DNA from: Ostrea edulis
Lineage: Eukaryota
Reading direction: 5' to 3'
Assembly (NCBI RefSeq): GCF_947568905.1
Contig: NC_079171.1
Span: forward strand, 43,152,001-43,216,000
Length of the DNA stretch: 64,000 nucleotides
Part shown: one piece after another, positions 13,201-22,400 of the stretch
How the letters are laid out: each line of letters starts with the position of its first letter
Numbering within the stretch: the stretch's first letter is position 1
The notes under the pieces: generated by a model
Database searches by the model: none
The model's input: only the letters and a program-made list of their open reading frames with translations
Told to the model about the DNA's origin: nothing
Made by a program: the position numbers and the translations under genes

Positions 13201-13330
13201 CGATCAAAATTTGTTCCCTGATTCTCATAATACCGGTGAAGACACTTCCGATGCAACGTATCGATTGAAAAAGAAAACCAGTCCCTACGAGTCATGCAAC
13301 AGTATCAGTTTCCTGAAGGATTTTGCATGA
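1219..13330 (+). CDS. Single V-type Ig domain / mucin-like stalk / TM / Tyr-motif tail receptor, copy 1 (489 aa)
   Basis: Exons are 1219-1231 (ATGAGTAGAATTG|gtaagg), 3856-4155, 6922-7008, 7158-7236, 9258-9484, 10321-10441 and 12688-13330. All junctions are GT-AG, phases 1,1,1,2,1,2, total 1470 nt open. Signal peptide MSRIVVFIICSALIIKSTTA; Ig hallmarks VIIDC..WFKD..RYS..TIQITGITTEDEGVFTC with 71 aa between the Cys; TM GLTAGIIVLVLILVLMSIYYA followed by RRR. Exon 1 is inferred from its conservation in copy 3. Confidence 0.88.
1237..1592 (+). mobile_element. Full monomer (~341 nt) of the hammerhead repeat, sense orientation, starting at intron 1 position +6
   Basis: 15-nt terminal redundancy GTATAAGTTTTACAT at 1237-1251 and 1578-1592. 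It is collinear with the reverse complement of 16498-16860. Confidence 0.85.
1519..1562 (+). ncRNA. Minimal type I hammerhead ribozyme with loop III GCAC (palindrome broken)
   Basis: gcatca-CUGAAGA-gaca(uuauu)uguc-GAAA-u(GCAC)a-UC|uggugc; predicted cleavage after 1556. Confidence 0.8.
2880..3065 (-). mobile_element. Old degenerate tRNA-derived SINE (paralogous copy at ~57898-58085)
   Basis: The - strand has a B-box-like head (gtgacgagaaggtggtgaatttgaatcctgc) followed by a body resembling the SINE at 11816. Confidence 0.45.
4971..5586. mobile_element. Internally deleted (non-coding) form of the Crypton unit; paralogous form at ~59845-60110
   Basis: Carries the same two left end-motifs (4971 and ~5330) and the inverted right end (cttgccaattaatgttccgcgg, ~5560-5586) as 22286-25080, but with only tens of bp where copy 2 has the recombinase gene. 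Confidence 0.6.
6781..6881 (+). mobile_element. Penelope-like element 3' end, ~40 bp upstream of the exon 3 acceptor
   Basis: Matches the 3' tail of the family (gtccagggatccgtgtttgcccaact...gttcgttatcttcacctttca); longer versions sit at the same intronic site in copies 2 and 3. Confidence 0.7.
7784..8376. mobile_element. Non-autonomous TIR DNA transposon with TTAA TSD (Kolobok-like)
   Basis: TTAA|AGCTGTATGGTCCGA...TCGGGTCATACAGCT|TTAA. The empty site cttcTTAAgttaaa is at ~33833 in copy 2. RR termini with a TTAA TSD fit Kolobok rather than piggyBac. Confidence 0.8.
11185..11460. repeat. Inverted pair of Penelope-like 3' fragments in intron 6 (paralogous pair at ~46865-47162)
   Basis: A - orientation fragment (~11185-11300) is directly followed by a + orientation fragment (~11305-11460) of the same family. 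Confidence 0.6.
11816..12079 (+). mobile_element. 5'-truncated bivalve-type SINE with (CAAT)n tail
   Basis: 10-bp TSD TCAAAAGAAA at 11806-11815 and 12080-12089. Body ...ggtgtggcacgataaagattcctccttgctcaaaggcc...; tail gttaaacaacatacaatcaat. It is absent in copy 2 (~48553). Confidence 0.8.
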
Positions 13331-13422
13331 TACTTTTTTAGTTGTATGGTGAAAATTTGTGAATGACTTTTAGAATGAGAAATCAAAGAAACGTTTATGT
13401 CATTTGTGTTTTATGTTTACGA

Positions 13423-13428
13423 AATAAA
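13423..13428 (+). promoter_or_regulatory. Candidate polyadenylation signal AATAAA, copy 1
   Basis: About 93 nt after the stop codon; conserved at the same distance in copy 2 (49901-49906). Confidence 0.55.
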
Positions 13429-14519
13429 AAAAATGTATTCATGTAACGTAATAGGATTATTCGTTTTCACTAAGTAAAAGTACCGCCTCCAGGATATCCA
13501 AGGTTTGATGTCAGTAACTACCACAGCCAGATGTCAATGATTCGATTCCTGGTACATTTTCATATTAGCAATATCGGTTAAATTCGCCAATTTATAACTA
13601 CTGAAATGTGCAGGACTCTTGTGAATGCAACCATTACATCAAATCTTGATATGCGAACTATTTATTTTCTATTTAGTCACCTGATCCCACCTCTGGTGTG
13701 TTCAGAGATCCGTGTTTGCCCAACTGTCTATTTTGTATTGCTTATAGGTGTTGTAAGATTGATTACTGTTCGTTATCTTCACCTTCCATTTGGAATCAAC
13801 AGGACCACATTGGGCCACTTATAGAAGGTACAGAACACCGGAGTCAGGCTTGTGTCAAGGAAAACGACACATAATTTTCCCCAGTCTAAGCGCAGCTGCA
13901 TTTGCTTCCAGTGTAGTATATTCCACAATACAAAATAGTGGTGTTAATCTTTTGTGTGCAGACGTATTGATTTCCTGAATTTCTACAAGAACTCATTGAA
14001 GGGTATTACCCATCTCATTACTCCATCATTAAAATCAGTATGTACAGAACGGCATAACAAGTGGTATGAAACATGCCAGACAGAATTTGATACGTTGCAT
14101 TATGATGAATACAACACACTGTATGTATTTGCAAATCAGATTCTTATATCGCGTATCGAGTCACATGAGAGACATATAACACCATTTGCATTTTCCTACA
14201 GAAAACTGGATAATTGACAATGAAAAATCCGAAGTCATCCCGTTTGTCAAAAGCAGATGTTTTTAATTTGCCTTAACACCTACTGTACATGTAGGTTCAA
14301 TAGAATATCCATGTATGCAGCAGATGCGGAATAGTCCGTGATGCCTGATATCAAGTTCATTGGAACATATCCAATCAACACGTGAATGAAAATGAATATT
14401 GCTAATATAGTTAAAACTTTTTAAAAATATTTCAAAATTCAATTTTCACTTCACACATATACCACTGTTGCATACATATGGGAAATGGGTTACAATGGTA
14501 TTTTCACACAACAAAAGCT

Positions 14520-14717
14520 ATCTAAATGTGGATTTGAAAATCACAGCACGACATTTGTTTTTCTCATGTAGAATCTTTTGAATAAATTCTGCCTCATACA
14601 AATATAAAACGGGTCAGCTAAAAAGACACATACACCGTGCCCATGGTAATCCCAACAAAATTGTTAAAAGACCTAATCAACACACACTGCGTAGATGTTG
14701 TCAATGAGGAACTCTAG
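14520..14717 (-). pseudogene. Degenerate Penelope-like reverse transcriptase fragment
   Basis: The - strand reads roughly LEFLIDNIY...GITMGT...LAD...YEAEFIQKILHEK...FKSTFR with stops and frameshifts, i.e. the RT GxPMG region. It lies inside a ~1.4-kb block (~13454-14830) absent from copy 2's downstream flank. Confidence 0.6.
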
Positions 14718-15299
14718 TATCGTTACCACAACCACAATTTTTTTTTTATATTTCCGTGTTTTATTTTATTGAACAAACAGCTGTCTATACTGTCAAAAAG
14801 CCTTGTTGATATGTTGAATTAAGCATTATATAAATAATTTACAATTACTAACACCATGGATTTGATTTATAAACATATTTCAGTTAAATACAAGACACAT
14901 ACATATACATGTAACAGCTTACCCACCAATTGATACAATGTGGGTTTGGACATGAATATTGATTTTTATTGGTCATTGAAGTAAACACTTTTCCCCAAGT
15001 CCCGTGAAGTTATACATAAATAAACCTAGTTCCCCATGTAAATTGTGGTCGCTTCTTGCACGACATTAAAGATATATAAGAATTGAATTCGTTAAGGGAC
15101 ACAAGATATGGATAATTTTAGATAAGCATACATAAAGAGTTTGACACTGTCCTAGCTATGACGAACACAATATCAAATTTTAACACAGTAACGAATCATG
15201 AAGCAATCCATCACCGATGCAATATAAAAATCGCTGCTGACGTTTTCTTCAGGGACGAAAAGTCAGCATCATCATGCATTTTAGTTTGCATAAATATTT

Positions 15300-15302
<3 letters not shown>

Positions 15303-15355
<53 letters not shown>
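15303..15355. repeat. (TC)n microsatellite
   Basis: About 26 TC units; the paralogous site near 50400 has only about 3. Confidence 0.95.
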
Positions 15356-15358
<3 letters not shown>

Positions 15359-16527
15359 GTTTCCGGCTTCATGATTTTCGTTGAAAATCGATTCAGGATT
15401 TTATAGCACTCCTAGTACATTTTCTGAAAATACATATGTTTTCACTTATAGATGAGAAAAAGTGAAGATTACGAATAATAATATCAACATCTTAAAAAAT
15501 CATAGAGAAAAACGCAGAGTAGGAAAACACATGTATCAGGCATCTCAAAAGTACTCTTAAGGGGATATGATTGTGACGTTTTTGAAGTCACTGCGCAACT
15601 CGAACTAACGTACGTATGTCATGATTGTCGTGACATATATTGATTATGACTTTGACTAAAGTCATATTTTCGAAATACAAAAGCATAAATCACAACAGTT
15701 GGGGCCTTATTTTGATTAAATAGTTCTGTATGAATGCCGTTATGACGTGTTTTAAAGAAATATGAGGTAACGACATAAGCGCATGATTTTTGACGCCATG
15801 TTTACGTTGACAGCTAACAGAGTTTGACATATGTCGTGGTCTCGCATGTTATTATATATTTCTTGACCTGTGTATTCTGTTCAAAATAGACTCAAAATAG
15901 AAATGAAAGACGGAGTCGCAACACGTCGAAAAAAATCTCTGCACAATTTTATAAGTACATATAGCCAAATTGAACGACAATAAACTTGGGGTTAAAACAT
16001 TCTGCAAAATTGTTATCATGCCAGAGTAATAATAAATATTTTGTATTATATTCCGAGATTTCGTAAATAATAAAAATAATTAAAAAATATATTTAGCCGA
16101 GGACTAAACATTTTGTCGGCAGATAGGTACATGTGGTACCGCTCACGTATATACCTCTAACGGTAGATGTATATACTGTCTGCGTCTTGTGAATTATTTA
16201 ATGAAATTCATTGGCTCATCTATAGTACATGTAACCTCATGTACCATAATAAGTAGAGATATACAAAGCAGGCTACGAATTATTTACCACTGATTTCCGC
16301 ATATGCATGACGGGATTTAATTATCGATGGATTTACTCATCAGAGAAAATGAAGTCCAAATGAGGTGTGCATGCATGCATTTTTTGCAAAAATAATTGAA
16401 ATGTACGTACGTTTAATTGCTTATTTGAATGAAAATTATATATTGTTAGATGTTTGAATTTGAAATTAGATCGGCCGATACGCGTCGAAACACCTAGATG
16501 TAAAACTTATACGGTACCAATTTTGAT

Positions 16528-16571
16528 GCACCGGATGCGCATTTCGACAAATAATGTCTCTTCAGTGATGC
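16528..16571 (-). ncRNA. Minimal type I hammerhead ribozyme (mismatch at the first stem I pair)
   Basis: gcatca-CUGAAGA-gaca(uuauu)uguc-GAAA-u(GCGC)a-UC|cggugc. Confidence 0.75.
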
Positions 16572-16877
16572 TCAACCGAAATGTTTGAAATACGAAATAA
16601 CTATGAAGTTTTAGTGCTAAATATAGCCAAAAACAGCGTGTCAAAAAGTGGAGCCAAATTCGTCCAAGGATAAGAGATATGCATGAGGGAGATAATCCTT
16701 AATTTTGAAATGAATTTGTAAATCTTATAACAGCAATTAAATATACATCCGTATTTTCAAGCTAGTAACGAAGTATTTAGCTACTGGGCTGTAGAGACCC
16801 TCGGGGACTAACAGTCTACCAGGAGAGGCCTCGACCCAGAGGTCATAATGTAAAACTTATACAGTACCAATTTTGAT

Positions 16878-16921
16878 GCACCAGATGCGCATTTCGACAA
16901 AAAATGTCTGTTCAGTGATGC
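16878..16921 (-). ncRNA. Minimal type I hammerhead ribozyme, core mutated (CUGAACA)
   Basis: gcatca-CUGAACA-gaca(uuuuu)uguc-GAAA-u(GCGC)a-UC|uggugc; the conserved G8 is changed to C. Confidence 0.7.
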
Positions 16922-19445
16922 TCAACCGAAATAGATGTCATAAAACGGAGGAAATGCTGAATAGGTAAAATCAAAACTTACTTTATCATCCTGTAGCTGC
17001 TCTCATCAAATAATGATTGTATGTTTTAAATCTAACATAATACATGTATTTTACTGATCTAATTTTCATTTGCAGATCAGGGGGAGAGGGGGTGGGGGCT
17101 TGACTTAAACGAGTGTTCTAGACTGCTTCTCCTCTACTTTGAAACGGGCATATTTGTTACGCAAATTCCATATTCAAATAGACCAATTCCACCCTCACAC
17201 CCCCTCCCCATAATGCATAGAAAGAAAACCAAACATTTGATTATAATTTTTTTTTATAAATTTTAAAAATACTAAAGTAGGGATCTAGTGTAGACGAAGC
17301 AAGAACCCCTTAGGCATCTGATCACACTTCTGGTATGTCCAGGGATCCGTGTTTGTCCAACTCTTTATTCTGTATTCCTTATAGGAGTTATGAGATTGAT
17401 CACTGTTCATTTTCTTCAACTTTCAATAATAGTTTTATGAACATGTTAAGTGCGCCCAACTTGTTACACAACTCCCTTTTCGAAACATTAATAGGTTTCA
17501 CCAGAATATCAGTTGAAACTTTAGAATAGTTAGAATCAATGGCAATCAAATAATTCATACATACATCTAAACAATATTTGCACTTTAGAGGGGTACATAA
17601 TGTAGATCTGCGATACGTAATTTCTTTACGTGAGTATCTAGTTGAATCATTAATGTTCTAATTAGAATGTGTCCATCATCCGTTGATTCATGTCAATTCT
17701 ATTGTATTTTTCACAGTTTACACCTTTACTATGATGAATTACATGCACTAATTCAATTACAACTAATGACACAAGACTATCTTAGATTAATAAATACTAA
17801 GGCACAATTACGGTATCAATATCGGATGTCAGATTGCTACTTGTTTGAATTATTTTTTCAAAGCAAAATGAGGCTGTGTTCAAAACAATTCGAGCCAAAT
17901 ATTTGATTATTGTGGTTAAAGATTCACTAAAGTATTACAGTTTTAATGAGATCAGAACATTTAGGTTGGTCGGTGATATGATTTTAGTATGATTTTAAGT
18001 GGTGTTTTTGTTTGGTTTGGTACCTTTATGCATTCTTTATATGTAATTTCAAAAATTCTATATACATTCATACAGAATAAGATTGTTTTGCGTTTATCTG
18101 AACAATTTACGCTTAAAATGCAAAATGAAAATTAGAAAAAAAGACAGAGGACATTCAGACTGTTTTCTTTCCAAATTGAATTCGTTTTCATACTAACTAA
18201 AATATTTTCACAAATTAACCACTTTTAAGAACGTAAGATTTAAGCGTTGTGTTTGATGTAATAAAAAAAAGTGTTTTAGAGAAAGAAAAAAAAATCAGTC
18301 CGATTTATTTGTAGCAATTTTCAATGACCTACAGTTCATCATATCTTTTTATCCAATTCAGTGACAATATTTTCGGTAGTCCTGTTGCTATGTATGCCAT
18401 CTTTAAATCATAGTAAAATAATTAAAATCTAATTACATTCAGTAAATGTTTTTCACCATTTTCCTAGAAAACTCCTCAAAAAGATATTTTTTAGAGGCGC
18501 TGAGAAAATTCGGACTTAATTTTGGGCAATTTGTTTTTGCGTTACGTGGAAAATATTTTCACATCACAATGTCTGCACATAGCCTGTTTGTATGATGGCC
18601 ATTAATTATAGCCATATTACAACCTGTTTGTTTGTTGTACATATTTTTGGATCTACAACTGCTAAATTTTGGCCTTTTGTGATTTTTCAACATTGTGAGG
18701 TTCAGGGGTTGTTTCCATGGAAACGAACTCATTTACATATATAAAAAATTATCATTTTTTCAAACAGGAGATACCTCCTTTCTATGATAAAATGATTTTC
18801 ACAAAAATCTAATTACTTTCATCTCAGCATCATATCCCCTTAATCATCACATGCATCATATTTTTTTAACAACGCACTTATTGGAAGTGGAGCCATCGGA
18901 CATTAGACTGTACATACGTTTTAATATTTCTCACTTAAACCTACTGAGGAAATTATATCCGTCCGCGTATAACGGTATTTTACATGAGATCAGATATACT
19001 TTAGCTACTCTATTTATAAACATTTCCGGGGAAAAGATACAAATTGAGTGAGATATGATTTCATAGATGCTTTATATCATCACAAGATGGCCAGAGAACT
19101 GTGGACATTATATTCAGGTATGGACACATATTCAAAGTTATATCTTATGTTTTAAATATCACCGTGACATTTACAAACACGTTGATATTGTTGTTCGCGT
19201 ATTGTTGTCGCACTTTTCGTTGTTTTGTTGTTGTTGATGATGATGATGTTTTGAATGTTAACCCGTTGAGCTAGCCGGTTACATAATACAAATTCAAGGT
19301 ACAAATATACACCACTGATCATTTTTTTTGGACATTTGAATTTTTGAAAAGAAGTCAGCCATGATATTTATTACATATAAGAGTACCGATTTTCCACTAC
19401 AGTGAGAATAAAACTGGTGCTTTCCTAAATTACTTTTATTTTCAG

Positions 19446-22400
19446 TTGTTTTCATCATTTGTTCTGCTTTGATCATAAAATCAACCACGGCACAGTTTCC
19501 AAACTTCGACATCCAAGCTAACGACAGCCTGTTAACCGCTGGTGACACAGTGATCATCGACTGTTTGCTCTACAATGCCTCTGTGCTCGATATCATGAAT
19601 GACTACGATATCGCGTGGTTTAAAGATGAAATCAAACTCACACAAGCATACACGAGACTGAGGAATGACGTCATCAACGACCAACGATACTCCATCAGCA
19701 TAGAAGTCAAATTAAACATAGGAACTGTGTCTACCATGCAAATCACAAGTGAGGATATTTTTTATTTGTAGAATCTTAAGCAATGCATGCAGTAATGATC
19801 AATGTACATATGTTGCTTTCTTTTTTTGATGACGTAAGCAATAATGCCAAGGACACAATTTGGCCAAAATGAGTTTCCATAGAAATCTTGTCTTCTGTAA
19901 AGGTCACCTGTACGATCTCTTGTCTTGAGCCGAGGAAAACTATGCTGGTATTAGTTGTAAAAATTAACAAAAAGAACCGGAGTGTAGTTCTTCCAAACAC
20001 AACCATTAACTTTAGTGGTGGACAGTTAGAAAGACAGATTTTAACAAAAACAAATTAGTATTTTGCCCAGCTCCGGATCATTGTCAGTTTCGAATCACTT
20101 TGTGATTATTTTTTTAAAACTACTAATTATTGAAATGATTTCTACTTAGAAAGGTAAATCAAGTTTGAAATGATTGCTGAGGGATATAAAACTGATGTAA
20201 TTTTTATTCAATTATTACTTGTCACACTTCTATAAAGCACAATGACTTGGTCATTTTCACGCGAGGGGAAAATCACATTGTGGGGAGAAGTATATAGCTA
20301 AAGTATAACCACGTTTCTTGCACAAAACTTTAATGCATATTGATACTCCTTTCAGCAATAGCATCAATAAATATTTCTTTATTAAGTATATTATTTTAGT
20401 CAAGATGCCTTACCAAAGAAACACCATCTGCTGAAACAACTTCGGATCAGTCGTATCACACGCGTCCTATTGAACTTAGTTTTAAACTTTTAGCAATATT
20501 TCAGTTCATATCAATGGCACTCTTGGATTTATAGAAGTAGTGTCAAATATAAAAAAAATCCATACATTTGTTTTATAAACTCAACAAACATTTTTTTTTA
20601 AATTAGAAACTTGTGAGTGTCAAAATACTACGCATTGCGTCTAGATTTACTTCTTGAAATCAATATTTAAAATGTATACTGTAGTTTATTCAACTTTAGC
20701 TTATTTGATTTTAGAACTCTATCATCTTTTTTATTCCAAGTTTCCCACCCTTGCCAAAACCGCAAGAAAATGGCTAGAAATTGTTATTCCGTGTAGATAT
20801 ATAATGTTATATCATGAACAGCCTGAGTGAAAGATAATCACGAATGCTAATTAAGAGAATTTCAAATGCTGCAATTTTGGCTATGTCTAAATGTAAAGTT
20901 TTGAATATTGTTAAAAAATGTAAAGATTAATTTAAACTAGTGTCCGATCTATTTTTATTGCTACAAAAACTAAACCTAATATCTTAAGCGGAATAAATAT
21001 ACAGACATAGCACATACTGATTAAAAGTATGAGACCGATTGAATGTCGGATCGGATTAGTCAATGTGCGAATCGGCCTGCAGTCGTTTCAAACATATCCG
21101 TGATTCGGAACTCGCGGTGTGATTCGGAACAGACCCACGGACTCTGGTACGGAAAATGCAAAGACCTGTGACATTTACAACAATTGTCAGATAAATTATA
21201 TAAATTTTCATTTGAGAAACTTCTGATCCTCTCACAAAAAGATTGAAACCTAAATTATCTTCGTGGTACCGCCAGCAATCGTTAATGAAAATGTGATCTG
21301 GAACTGGGCAACCGACACTATATTTAGTCTTGAATAGCAATTACACATGTATGTACATGTACAAATATAATTTTAAATGTATTCACTGAATTTTGTTATT
21401 CATTTCTTCATCAAATAATGAACTTGAATACACAATGCCTTGAACACGTAAACTAAGCAATCCCATTTGGGGTTTAAACAATGTCTTACAGAAACACTAC
21501 CTGTATTATTTTTACTAAATTTCCAAATGGCATTAGCTGTCATTTTGTCACCAAAAATCTAATTCAATGAACATTGCTCAATATTATATATTTCAGCAAA
21601 AACAGCACAATTTGATTATTTCATATACTATTTATCCCCAAAGCAGGAACACGAATTATGTAATATTGGTGATTAAATAATTGGTGATGTCTTGCAAGGT
21701 AATTAATTATTCTTCCATATATATTTCTTTACACCAAAAGAGATTATCTAATAGTGTCTTGTTTTTGTACAAAATAAATGTTTTATAAGTCATTAATTTA
21801 CATGTATATTACTGTGCCATTGAGATATTTTGAGTACAAAAAATTACCATCACTTTCACAGCTAATGCCCCCTTTAAAAAAATAGAATATTGGTTATTTT
21901 ACATGTTCAGGTGATTTTGAATATATATTTCATTGTTTTACAAAGTTCATGAGAAAAAAATATATCGCTCGCTTTGTTCTTTTACAATACCGCCAGCAAA
22001 TTATGTTGAAAATAAATTATAATATTATGAATTGTAAATCGCTCGCTCGCCCCCAATTTTTTGGGGTCATTTGTCCGAAGAACAAGAAATCTTATTGGTG
22101 TCGCCTAAATAAAAAAAATATTTCTGATCTGAAAATAATATTACATGGATTTTTTTTTATTCAAATACGTGTCTCTTGATTTATTTTAACTGCACACGTA
22201 GGTGTGGTATGCGAATTTAGGTGTTCTACCCCTGTGTAAGTAATGTCCACCGTCATACTCATAACTTTAAATTAGCTTACTCTGTTAAGGCTGTGGAACA
22301 TTAAATGACAAGCTTGGAAATACTTAGTATACAGCGTTTGTGACGGTCATATCTGTTATAGGCAAATCACTTGACGTCACAACTGAAAAAAGATAGGTTC

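Larger units (their letters stand above)
16498..16932 (-). mobile_element. Hammerhead repeat, 1.25 tandem units with two ribozymes 350 nt apart
   Basis: ATGTAAAACTTATAC recurs at 16498 and 16848. Confidence 0.85.
15561..18839. mobile_element. 3.3-kb non-autonomous TTAA element (Kolobok-like) carrying nested repeats
   Basis: TTAA|GGGGATATGAT...ATCATATCCCC|TTAA (11-bp perfect TIR). Empty sites are tctcaaaagttctcTTAAtcatcac at ~58275 and a similar site at ~3248. Confidence 0.85.

Noticed and set aside
21920-22100. TIR-like end (cgctcgctcgc...ggtgtcgcctaa) of a DNA transposon
   Set aside because: I could not find a matching opposite end or TSD, so 19930-22110 is left unassigned.
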